From Heteronotia binoei (lineage: Eukaryota), in assembly GCF_032191835.1 (NCBI RefSeq), contig NC_083240.1, forward strand, positions 48,546,001 through 48,610,000: a DNA stretch of 64,000 nucleotides, in the 5' to 3' direction. The notes under the pieces are model-generated. The model was not told the origin of the DNA, did not search any database, and was given only the letters and a program-made list of their open reading frames with translations. Below are positions 36,980-48,082 of this stretch, piece by piece. Within the stretch, counting starts at the first letter, position 1. Each line of letters starts with the position of its first letter. A program made the position numbers and the translations under genes.

Positions 36980-37811
36980 CCTGAGCGAACCCCGCTATGA
37001 AGTTTCTGTAGAAATTTGCGAACCCGAGGAAAGATTGTAGCTGTCTACGTGTCCTCGAGGGGGGGGGTGGGCAATCCAATACGGCCTGCACTTTGGCCGG
37101 GTCCATAGCCAACCCTTGCGCGGACACCCGGAACCCCAAGTAGTCTAGTTCAGTCTTATGGAACTCGCACTTGGCCAGTTTGGCATACCGTTTGTGTTCC
37201 AACAGGGTGCTCAGCACCTCCCACACCAATTTTACATGGGACTTCTGGTCCTGCGAGTAAATAATGATGTCATCCAGGTACACCATCACCCCCTTGAACA
37301 AAAATTTCCGCAATACATAATTGATAAAGTTCATGAACACCCCCGGTGCGCCCTGCAGTCTGAACGGCATCACCAAATACTCAAATTGTCCCATGGGAGT
37401 ATTAAAAGCCGTCTTCCACTCATCCCCCTCCTTTATGCGCACTCTGAAGTACGCATCCCTCAAGTCCAGTTTGGTGAAAATCTTCCCTTCAGATACTGTG
37501 CTTAATAAGTCTTTGATGAGGGGGATGGGGTAGGCATTAGATGTCAAAATCCCATTGATTCCGCGAAAGTCTGTACAAAGCCTAAGTGAGCCATCCTTTT
37601 TTTTTCTAAACAACACTGGGGCTGCTTGGGGGGCCTTCGCTGGCCTAATGAAACCCCGTTTCAAGTTCTGGTCTAGGAATTTGCGTAGCTCCACTTTTTC
37701 AGCCCACCCCATAGAGTACAGCTTCGCTTTAGGCAGTGTTTGCCCAGGTATTAGTTCTATAGCACAGTCAGTGTTCCTGTGGGGGGGGCAGTTCGTCCAC
37801 GCCCTGTTCAC
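36980..37811 (-). pseudogene. Gypsy reverse transcriptase, truncated at the RT-RNase H connection
   Basis: APVLFRKKKDGSLRLCTDFRGIN, YPIPLIKDLL, FTKLDLRDAYFRVRI, EYLVMPF, VYLDDIII, LQSFLGFANFYRNFI. Confidence 0.95.
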
Positions 37812-37955
37812 TAAACACCCCCATCAAGTCCCATTATGCTTTCGGGACTGCTGGGACCTCCTCCATTGTCAGACAAACCTTCTCCTTCGAAGGCGGAGGT
37901 TGGTGTCCCCAGTTCAAATTCCATAAATGGTTTTCGCATAGTGGGTCAACAAACT

Positions 37956-38393
37956 TTATGGTCTGATCCCCCACCGTATGCTTGGCTCGTGTCTGGCCAA
38001 CCACCCCACTCCCAGGACCACATCATAGGAGCAGGACTCTTGTTCCCAATGCCCTTCAATCCCTACCGGTAACATCTGGGTCTCTAGTACGCAGGGCTCC
38101 CCCCACATCACTGTGCCGTCCATCTGCTCGAATTGTATGGGGCAGGGGAGGGCCGTGGTGGTCAGCCCCAGGGCATCCACCAACTTCGGGGTGATCAGCT
38201 CCCGATTGCATCCTGAGTCAATCAGGGCCCTCATCTGCATGAATCTTTTGAGTCTAGGGTTCAACAGATTCACTGGTGTAAAATATAACGACCCCGTTAC
38301 TCTCACCCTGAGCGGTGCCGGTTCCTCCGCGACCTGCTGGTTGGCACCCTTCAGAGCAGGTCGTCCCCGTTTCCCGACAGCTCGTCCATCCAC
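37956..38393 (-). pseudogene. Gypsy aspartic protease region (-1 frame relative to gag)
   Basis: RALIDSGCNRELI catalytic motif; later SYDVVLGVGWL motif. Confidence 0.9.
38314..38375 (-). other. -1 programmed ribosomal frameshift signal (G GGA AAC plus H-type pseudoknot)
   Basis: Slippery heptamer 38369-38375; 5-nt spacer; 9-bp stem 1 (38355-38363 with 38330-38338); 6-bp stem 2 (38343-38348 with 38314-38319); a -1 shift links the gag and protease ORFs. Confidence 0.85.
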
Positions 38394-39668
38394 ACCAGCT
38401 TGCTCAGCTCGTCCACTAGGAAGCCTTCTTCCTTCAACTCCCTGATGGCCGCCACACTGCTCTTCGCCGCGTCCTTAGGGCGGCCCGGTGTCTTCTTCAG
38501 TGCAGGGGTGCCCAGCTTGGGTGCGCTCGGTGGTGCCAGCGGGGGGTTATGGCAGCTATTGACCAGGTGGTTCGGATCTCCGCATCGAAAGCACTTGCGA
38601 GGCCCCACAGCCCTCCCGCCGGTTTCTTTGCCTCTTGTTTGGGTGCCGTTTTCGGATCTCAGCCCCCCTTTCCTGTCTGCTGCTGGCGCTTCATGGCCAC
38701 TCGCTTCATATTGGTCTTGACCTCACCCGCAAGTTGGATCCAGCCCACCAGCGTGGCGAGTCTGGCTTGGGTGAGGGCCCAATCCAATATGCCCGTGTTC
38801 AGGCCCCTGGTGAAGTGCTCGATCTTCATCAACTCACTTCACCCCCTCACCTTCGCAGTGTTCGCCCGTAATTCCGCGGCGTACTCCCAAATCGACTTTG
38901 ACCCCTGTTGCATGTCCCGCAGGGCCGCTAGCGCCTGCGTCTCCTGGAGGGGGTCCTTGTACTGAGGTATCAGAGCCTGAAGAATGTAGCCACATAGTCC
39001 AGTTCCAGGCTCATAGCTTTGTACAAACTCACGTACCATCTCTTGGTGTCCCCCTTCAGTTTCGATCCCAGAGAATCCACTCGACTGAATTCGTCCGGGA
39101 ACGTGTTCCCCCAGTGGTGCATGTAGCTGTTTGCCTGGATCGCGAAATATTCCACATCTTCTGGGTCCCCATCAAACGTGGCATCCAGCTCCCGGCCACG
39201 ACCCCTGTCTCCTGACGCCGGAGGTGCGGTGGGTTTAGGCGCTGGCCCCGCCGGTGGGGGAGCGGCAGGTGCTCCCGGGGCTGCTGGCTGCCGGGCCGAC
39301 AAGGGTGGTTGAACCCTCCTGGATCCTGGCAGTCCTAGGGATCAGGAAATCTCCCTTGTGATCTCCCCCACCATCTGGGTGGTCATTGTCTACATTTCGT
39401 CTCACAGACCCTTGACCACAGTCTCCACTTCCTTGCGGACCATCGCTCAGAACTCGCGGGCCACCTCGTCTTCCTCGTCCTTTGGGACCGGCGCCTCCGG
39501 CTCCCTCTTCCCCAGATCGGGGCCTCCATCTGGTAGGGGAACGACCACGATGGTGTCGATCTCCTCTGGCTCCATCGGTCCTGGGTTGCCGACCTCTGCG
39601 TTGGTCATCTTTATCCGGCGCATGTGCCGGGTTAGGATGGCTTCCCTTCGCGCCGGCGCCTCATCCAT
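38351..39668 (-). pseudogene. Gypsy gag, disrupted by stop and frameshifts
   Basis: TFDGDPEDVEYFAIQANSYM (sushi/PEG10-type capsid start), QQGSKSIWEYAAE, CFRCGDPNHLVNSC (CX2CX4HX4C); split across several minus ORFs. Confidence 0.9.
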
Positions 39669-39856
39669 CGTGGTGGTGGAGGTCCACGGTTGCCACTGCT
39701 GGGGTGTGACCAGGAGTTGCTGGATCTGAGGAGGCGAGGCTGCTGCTCTCCGGGCGTCCAGTACAGCCCTTCCTCAAAGTCGGGAAGCTCACCACCTCCT
39801 GGAACCTTTTCGACCATTCAGTTACAAAGTAGCCAGGATGGTTAAGCTTCAAACGG

Positions 39857-39867
39857 ATTCTTCTCAA
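39857..39867 (-). other. self-priming primer-binding site (11 nt)
   Basis: Minus TTGAGAAGAAT lies 2 nt inside the LTR boundary and is exactly complementary to ATTCTTCTCAA in the LTR (39957-39967); no TGG tRNA-type PBS. Confidence 0.8.
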
Positions 39868-39869
39868 AA

Positions 39870-40322
39870 TGTCAAGCAGACGGATTCAATGACGAGTCGA
39901 AGTTGATACAAAAACTACGTTTATTGATAGACTGTTACTTTGGCTCAAGCCTTGGCTTGAGAAGAATGAAACCCATACATTGATACATAAGTTTTAAGGT
40001 ACACTTCAAAGGGATTCCTATGGGGAGGGGATGCCGGAGAGCATTCATACATAAGTAACAAAACTACATACATTCTCAGGGCGTTATCAGGCATTCGACC
40101 TTGTATCGCCCAGATGGCGCTTCCTCCTGCAAGAGGATTCATGGGAAGGTGCTGATTACTTTGGTCTCAGTAATTAACAGTCATAAAACAAAGAGGGCTT
40201 AGGAAAGGAAAATAAACTAGCAGCATTTGGTTCTGTGTGATCTTATCCAGGCCTGCTTGTGGCAGACCAGTAACCCATCAGAATTATCAGATCAGAATGA
40301 TCAGAATTAGTCATGTTTGACA
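39870..40322 (-). repeat. 5' LTR of the Gypsy element (453 bp)
   Basis: TGTCA/TGACA termini; minus-strand AATAAA at 39920-39925; TTAAAA TATA-like box 24 nt upstream of the predicted R start. Confidence 0.9.
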
Positions 40323-41487
40323 GCCACTTGGAGAGAAGTGAGGAGAGTTTTGATGTATTCCCTTAAGTAAGGCAGAACAGGGAGCCTCTTGGACAAATCT
40401 TTGGTCGAATAGCGGTCTGAGTTTCAGAATTTGTCTTTGTTGATTTTGGAGGAAACAATGCTCTTGTGAATGCAATTTAAAGTGCTGTCAGTCTTTTGAG
40501 TGATAATTTCATCTTTTTCACTGCGTGTTTGTCTGACTCATCCTTTAATGGTCTTGGAACAATGTGCTGTGGGGTTATCCCATTTTATCCTCACAAACTC
40601 CTGGGTCTGACTGCCTCTGTGTTTCTACTGCAGTGCCCCTGTCCCTGTACTTTCTCCAAACTGTTGCTGCTTGGCCCTTTAGAATTGTTGTGCATTTGTG
40701 TGCTTGATCTTTTTCTCCCATGTTGTGACCCTTTACACACATGCACACACACCTTGCTAAATTGCATCGTGTTGGCCAAACGCTCCTGCTGAGAGAGGCT
40801 TCCTTGTGTATTCTGCACCGTAACATCCTACTAGCTGTAAGCTGCAAACAGAATTTAATAAGGCTTTGGTCTGAAAAGGACTTGACGTCTCTGGTAGGAG
40901 AGCTTCATTGACAGTTTGTTTGGGCCTGCATGAGCATCGGAGCAGGTTTGTGTGTGTGGAATGTGCCCTTTTTCAGACAGCCTCTCCTGACAGCTTTTGA
41001 GGTGGCAATGATAATTTTCTAGCTAGGAAACCTATTGCTTTCATTTTCAATTAAGGGAAAGTCTTCCACAGCTTATTTGTCTGAATAAAGAGAGCTTTAC
41101 GTTTTTTCCTGTCACTTCAGGGCTGAAAAGGAGGATAATACTTCCAATCCTTGGATTAGGCCAGTGGGGTAGAAATTTTTCTAGTGCTATATTTTTCCAT
41201 GGACAATTTTGTGCCCCACATGTGTAAATATAGTTTGTTTATCTATACTTGTTGTGTTGTAAATCAGTCATGCTAGATGGGCTAAAAATGAAACATGGGC
41301 AGCCCCCAGGGCTGTGTGTGCACCTAATCTTGGCTAACAAGTTGATGGGGTGTGAACTGGCAGAGACTGACCATATTGGGGTTGTGGTCAGTGGTCCCTC
41401 TAAGGTCTGCAGTCTTGTGAGCAGAATTTTTTTCCTGTGAGCCCAAAATGGTGCTAGCTTTAAAACTGTGAGCAGAAGGGTCTAGAG

Positions 41488-42086
41488 CATGGGTGACAAA
41501 CATGTGGCCTGAGGGCCGAATCAGGCCCCTGGAGGGCTCCAATCAGGACGTCAAGCAACTGGCGGTCATCTGCTTCCTTCTCCCTCTCTCTTGCTTCCTT
41601 CTGTATGACAGCTTGCTTTGCAAGGCTTGCTCAATTGCACAGGAGTTACAGAGCAAAACCTCTATTTTCTCCATTGGATGAGGCTCCACCCTTGGGGCGA
41701 GGGAGAACTTGCTTTGCCAGGCTCCCTCAATCACACAGCAGAGTTGCTGAGCCAAGCCTCTCTTCCTTCTATTGTCTAAGGCTCCTCCCCCTCCTGATCC
41801 CCTGTGGAAGGAAGGAAAGAGCCAGAGCTTCCTTTGCCCAGTTCCTGGATCCCATGGCAGAAATACAAAGAAAGTACCTTTAAGGCCAACAAGTGCTAAT
41901 GTTTTAAGCATGTTTTATTTTTGAGTTTTCTTATATTTGTCTTTGTCTGTGTCCTTTATAAAGTTTATATTTCTGCTTCCTAATCTTAAATAGGAACTCA
42001 CATGGCCCGGCCAAACATGGTCCGACCAGACAAGATCTCATTCATGCCAGATCCAGCCCTCATAACAAAAGAGTTTGACACCCCTG
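41488..42086. mobile_element. hAT-Charlie-like non-autonomous element
   Basis: catgggtgacaaac / gtttgacacccctg termini; TSD gtctagag / ctctagag (1 mismatch), the NTCTAGAN-type target typical of Charlie elements. Confidence 0.75.
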
Positions 42087-42137
42087 CTCTAGAGAATTAC
42101 AGCATCATCAGAACGCCTCTTTCAAAGCAAGTTGCCA

Positions 42138-42252
42138 GTAGCACCCTGAGGACTAACAAAACTTGTAGCAGGGTATGAGCTTTCGTGAGTCACTGCTCAC
42201 TTCTGAGAAGATTAGAGAGCTTCTGAAGAAGTGAGAAGTGACTGAGGAAAGC
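42138..42252. mobile_element. Penelope-like inverted pseudo-LTR fragment with decayed hammerhead motifs
   Basis: gtagcacc...gactaacaaa...tatgagctttcgtgagtcactgctcacttc faces ctgaagaagtgag...gaaag. Confidence 0.65.
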
Positions 42253-42289
42253 CCCACCTCCAAGCTATATCTCCTAGGTTCATCCCCAA

Positions 42290-42750
42290 CACCCAAAACA
42301 CACACACACAGCCCCTACATCCAAAACGCACACACATAGCCCCTACACGCACAACCCCTACATCCCAAAACACACACACACACCCCACATACACCCAGCT
42401 CCTACACCCAAAACACACACAGCCCCTACACTCAAAACATACAAACATCCCCTCCACACAGCCCCTGCCACACACACACAGCCCCTACACTCAAAACACA
42501 CACACTTACACATAACCCCTACACACACAGCTCCTAAACTCAAGACACACACACATCCCCTCCACACACACACAGCCCCTACACCCAAAACACAAACACA
42601 CACATGCACAGCGCCCCTACACACACAGCACCCCCCCAAACACAAAACACACATACACAGCCCCTAAACCCAAAACACACGCATAGCGCCCTTACAACCA
42701 AAACACACACACAGCCCCTATACCCCCTACACCCCAAACACAGATACACA
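42290..42750. repeat. CA-rich degenerate minisatellite (cagcccctacacccaaaacacaca)n
   Basis: More than 10 variable units of about 20-30 bp sharing gcccctac and caaaacacac. Confidence 0.9.
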
Positions 42751-43530
42751 CAAAGGTGAAGCGCCCCCCCCCCCGCAGCCTGTCTGGAACCCTTTCTCTC
42801 CCCCCTCCCCCTCTCTTCCCCCTCCCCACTGGACTGAGGCCTTCCCCCTCCCCCCCCCATGGCGGTACTGGCAGTGAGTAGTCCATGAAGAGCCTCACTG
42901 CCACTGTACTTTTAAAAGGAACATTGGGGGGGGGGAGGAAGGGGAACTACGCTCTCTCCGGACCGCGCAGTTCCTTCCTTCCCCCCATGTCTCTTTAAAA
43001 AGCACATGGTTGCGAGGCTCTTCATAGGCTACATTTAGAGGAGCATTTGGGAGGGGGAAGGGAACCGCGCAGGCGGGTGGGCAAAGGGGCTGGGGCACTA
43101 TTTCCCCTTTCCCCCTCTTGGACTGAGGCCTCCCCTGCAGCACAGGCAGCGAGTGACCCATTAAGAGCTTCGCTGCCATGTTCTTTTTCCCTCTCGCTCT
43201 CCGGACTCAGGAGACAGCTCCAGCCGGACTGCACAGTTGCCTTTCTTCCGATGTCTCTTTAAGCAGCACAGCCAACAGCCAGCACCCCCCCTTCCTCCAG
43301 TGACACTGACCACTGAGCTTGGTAGCTGGTGAATAGCCGAGCCACCAGGTCAGTTCAGAAGGAGGAAGGTGGCCAGAGGGGAAAGGGAGAGAGGCCGGCG
43401 GGTGGGACCACAACTCCTTGGAGAAGCTGCGTTGGGAGAAAAATCCCTGCGCTGGACTCTGAGAATTTGTGCACTGGCACAATCCAGTGCATGCTAAAGG
43501 AAAGCTTGTTTGCGGTAGATAACTTACTAA

Positions 43531-43994
43531 AAATGTTGAGACAGCGTATGATTGCAATAAAAAAGGCCAACGCTATGCTGGGAATTATTAAGAAGGGATT
43601 TGAAAACAAATCAGCCAGTATCATAATGCCCCTGTATAAATCGATGGTGTGGTCTCATTTGGAATACTGTGTACAATTCTGGTCACCACACCTCAAAAAG
43701 GATATTATAGCATTGGAAAAAGTGAAGAAAAGGACAACTTGAATGAATAACGGTTTGGAACACTTTCCCTATGAAGAAAGATTAAAACGCTTGGGACTCT
43801 TTAGCTTGGAGAAACGTCGACTGCGGGGTGACATGATAGAGGTTTACAAGATTATGCATGGGATAGAGAAAGTAGAGAAAGAAGTACTTTTCTCTCTTTC
43901 TCACACTACAAGAACTCATGGGCATTCAATGAAATTGCTGAGCAGTCAAGTTAGAACGGATAAAAAGAAGTACTTCACCGAAAGGGTGATTAAC
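43531..43994 (+). mobile_element. CR1 LINE internal fragment (same family as the 52646 and 62521 copies)
   Basis: AIKKANAMLGIIKKGFENKSASIIMPLYKSMVWSHLEYCVQFWSPHLKKDIIALEKV. Confidence 0.9.
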
Positions 43995-44000
43995 ACACAC

Positions 44001-44054
44001 AAGTATCAGTTACTAAGTATCAGTTACAAGTATCAGTTACTAAGTATCAGTTCC
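44001..44054. repeat. 4 x 13/14-bp tandem (aagtatcagttac[t]) at the CR1 break point
   Basis: Read directly from the sequence. Confidence 0.85.
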
Positions 44055-46850
44055 AATACCTAGCTCAACTGAGCCACATGTGTTATCAGTAAACCAAACT
44101 TTGTTTCAAAACCCCAAGGACTGGTTATTTTGAAATCTCATGCTTGACACATGGCTTCCTAAGAGGTTTGCAAGCTCATGCGGTGGCGGTGGTGGACATT
44201 GTTGTCTGTTTCAATGAGTGTCTATGGGATATGCCAGCATTTTCCTTGTCATAACTTTACGCTACTTGTGGGGGGCGTTCCCAGGCTGGAAGGTCTTAGG
44301 GAGTCAACTAATGCCGGCCATGCCCCAGGCTGCCCCCTCCTGCGCTGGCGTGGCTTTCTGTGCCCCAGTTGCGCTGCAGGCAGGACGGTGCACTGCTCCA
44401 CTGGCAGCCATGGGCGGGCACCCGAAGACAGGTGCAAGTCTCATTTGCGTGGGTGTTGAGGGAGTTAGAGCGACGCAACTCGGACTTCCAATGACGTAGT
44501 GATTAGTTTGCTCCCAAAGCACTTTCAGCCCCCCCCCCCAATAGGATTGCGCTGTAAGACACACAGGCAGATTTATACTATAAAATTGATATAATGCTGA
44601 ATTCTCCTAAAATTATGACTTATAACGTAAGGGGATTAAATAACAAAATTAAACAACAACGTATGTTATCTTAAATAACCTGATATCCTGTTTATTCAAG
44701 AAACTCACTTAAAATCAACAAAACACCCTGCTTTAAAGGCAGCATGGTTCCCAGCACAATACTTAGCCCCTGGATCATCTAACTCGAGAGGGGTAGCAAT
44801 TTTGCTTGCCAGACACCTACACTTTGAATTTCAGTACTCTCTGCTTGACCCACAGGGTCGCTTTATTTATGTGAATGGACTTTTAAATGGTTGCCCAATC
44901 ACACTGGGCTCGATATATGCATCTAACCAAGACCAACTTTTATTCCTTAGACAGGCACTAACACAACTGCAACAGTTTCAGACATAAAGTGTTATCTTGG
45001 GCGGCGATATCAACTGTATTGGTAACACACAAATAGACAAAACTCATGGTATTAATAAGAGACCCAAAACATCCCACATAGTCACTGGGCTTGAAAAATT
45101 TGGACTTATTCATTCTTGGCGTTGTTTCCATCTAAAAGATAGGGATTATACTTACTACCAGTATGCTTCAATGTATATACCCAAATTGACTAGATGTTAC
45201 AAACACAGAATCTGATGTACAATTTGATAGAGGCAGAAATTGGTATAAAACTATGATCAGACCATTCCCCAGTTACATGTGCTTTAAACTATCTAGGACA
45301 AAATACACTGGGAAAAAGTTGGGAGTTTTAATACATCTATTTTATTAAATACTACATAAGTGGCTCAAACATGGTTAGAAGCTAATGTCATCACCATTCC
45401 AAAATCAAATAAAGATCATAAAGATCCAGCATCATTTAAGCCAATTTCTCTCTTGAATGTGGACACAAAAATATTCACAAAAATTCTAGCAAATCGATTC
45501 AAGCTTATTCTTCCAGATTACATCAACCCAGACCGAACAGGTTTTATTTTTTCAGAGAAATATTGCAGACAACACATAGAATTTTAGAACTAATCACATA
45601 TTGTAAATCTACTAACACTCAGGCTTTATTGCTACAAAGACACTACAAAGTATCCCTAGACACTACAAAGGCTTTTGATAGCGTAGAAGGCTTTTATCTT
45701 AAAATGGTACTTAATGGTATAGGATTTAGCAATAAGTTTCAAAATGCCATTCAGGCATTATATAGTTATCTGACAGCTAAAATCTGTGTTAATGGTCAGT
45801 CATCACATTCCATTCATTTGCAAAGAGGGACACGACAAGGGTGCCCTGTTTCCCCGATGCTCTTTGCGCTGGCTATTTAGCCCTTAGCTGAAGATATCTG
45901 CTGAAACCAGTCTATATCAGGAATCACAACTGATACAACACATAAAATAACTTTATATGCAGACGACATCATTCTCAGTTTAACTGACCTTCTTTCCTCA
46001 CTAACTACTCTGCAACTAATTTTAAATCAGTTTAGTCAAATATCAGGACTTTATTTCAGCCAGGAAAAATCTGAACTATACCAAATTAATTTATCCAATG
46101 AGTTAATTAAAGATATTAAATGAGCTTTTCCATTCAACTGGATTTTTAACAATGGTTAATATTTAGGCATTAAAATCCCTGCGGATTTTACAAAATTATA
46201 AATTTTACTGCTATACATGCTGAAATACAGAATTCAATTTAAAAAAAATGGAAAAACATACCATTGACATGGTCTGATAGATGTGATTTAATTAAACAAT
46301 GTTTGCTTCCAAAATATCTATACTTTTTAAGGACTGTCCCAGTTGACATTCCTTTAAAAGATCTAAACAATTGGTAAAGAGAGATAGTTAACTTCCTTTG
46401 GGACAATAAACGCCCTAGAATTAATATGAAAACTCTTTAAAAAGACCTGTCTGTTTTGGAGGTTAAGAAATCCCTAACCTATTATACTGTTATGAGGCAT
46501 GTCATCTAGCTTTTACATTCTTTTTCCAATCCTGAACCGGTTTGGGTATCTATAGCTCATTTATATATTTTACCTTATTCCATTTTTGATTATTTTTGGA
46601 ACATATCCTTACAGAAAACAAAAATATCCAAAACAAATGAATATTTAAATACTTCTATAAAAATTTGGAACAAATACCAAATACCTGGCTCCAGAAATAT
46701 CTTTACAATCATCATTTTTGAATCAAGAATGGTTTCTGATTGGAAAAACAATAGTATTTTTGCTTTATGACCCAAAGCTATTAAATGTCTTGCAGATGTA
46801 CTCAAAATAGGAACTTTGATGGCAAAACAAGAACTAGAATGGAAACTAGG

Positions 46851-47269
46851 TGTCAGACCCCAGAGTCAAGGAACACGCAGGTGGATAACTCAGTCATTTA
46901 TTCCAAGCATCTTAAGGCAATACAAAGGTCTGCTGAAACTAACGTCGCAGCCCAAAGGCTCTTCTTATATACCCTCGGTTAACTGTTATCAATTCAAGCA
47001 AAGCGTGGCATAAAAACAGCAGACGATTCTGGCGGGACCCCCTCCCTACACTACCGAGTCCCAGGTGCATTATCTATTTTCTGCTCCACTCTCCTCCAGC
47101 CTCTGACCTTGGTTACACAGGAAACTGCCGGGCTAACAAGCTTCTAAGATAAGCTATTGAGGGAAGAGCAAAAGCAAAGCAAAAAGCAAAGCAGGAATGC
47201 AGGCCGTCTCAAAAACAGTTACATATCATTTCATGGCAAGAGGATACAGTGTGGGTTAGATTCTTGACA
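46851..47269 (-). mobile_element. solo LTR (419 bp), Gypsy-like
   Basis: TGTCA...TGACA; 5-bp TSD ctagg/ttagg; minus TATATAA 46965-46971 and AATAAA 46897-46902; removing it restores the L1 frame WKLG-NKILW. Confidence 0.85.
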
Positions 47270-47342
47270 TTAGGTAATAAAATTTTATGGTTACATTGCT
47301 TACAACTACAACACTTAATGTACTCACCAACTTTAAGACAGG

Positions 47343-48082
47343 GAGCTTTTTCACACAGCCTAAGTATTCCGGTATAGCAGCTGGCCAGTTACTGAACAGT
47401 AACGGGTTTCTGCTAGCATTTCAGACAGACCCGATTCAGTAACTGGCTGCTACCGGAATACTCTCACCTTTTCACACACTCCCGCGGCTGTCCCGGTAGT
47501 GAGGCGTGCCTGAGTCGTCACAAACAAAGAGCAGCTTCTTCCACTTTTCAACCCCTCCTCCCAGGTTGAAATCGCTATGGGGTGCTGTGTGAAATGTCCA
47601 GTATCTAACCCGGGAGCAGTTTTCGCGCCGTTTTTCGCCCACCGGCGCGCGCGATCTCCGGCTTTTTTTTTTTTTGGAACGTCAGTTTAGATCGATATAG
47701 CGATATATCGCTATATCGACCTGTCAAAACAGCACCACCATAGGGATGGCTAGGCTCCGTTGAGATCCCTATGGTGGTGCTGTTTTGATAGGTCGATATA
47801 GCGATATATCGCTATATCGATCTAAACTGACATTCCCAAAAAAAAAAAAGCCGGAGATGGTGCGCGCCGGCGGGCGAAAAACGGCGTGAAACCGGCTGGC
47901 GCTGGTGGAAGCGAGATAAGAGCGGAACAGTGTGAAATGGCTCGCTTCAATCACGCTTCAATCACGGAACCCTACCAGGGAAAAAAACATGTGTATGAAA
48001 ACTCCCATCGCTGTCTCGGATTACTGCAAGCGGCACAATACCGACTCCCTTCCAGTTTCCACCGGTAAGTGTGAAAAGGCCC
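47343..48082. mobile_element. PIF/Harbinger-like MITE (740 bp) with nested palindromes
   Basis: 14-bp TIRs gagctttttcacac / gtgtgaaaaggccc (12/14 match); 3-bp TSD agg; removing it restores the L1 frame RQALSRPQTEFEK. Superfamily inferred from TSD length and TIR type. Confidence 0.7.

Larger units (their letters stand above)
36960..40322 (-). mobile_element. Ty3/Gypsy LTR retrotransposon of the sushi/Tf1-like group; RNase H, integrase, PPT and most of the 3' LTR are missing
   Basis: TGTCA...TGACA ends; exact 5-bp TSD GCCAC (36955-36959, 40323-40327); gag with CCHC knuckle, DSG protease, YLDD RT on the - strand. Confidence 0.95.

Noticed and set aside
36696-39668. Domesticated PEG10/RTL-like host gene
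   Set aside because: LTR and TSD are retained, gag has a stop and frameshifts, and pol is truncated; this is a decaying insertion.
42212-42904. Cys/Val/Gly-rich ORFs resembling keratin-associated or corneous proteins
   Set aside because: Translation of the TG-rich strand of a minisatellite; the frame is not maintained between units.
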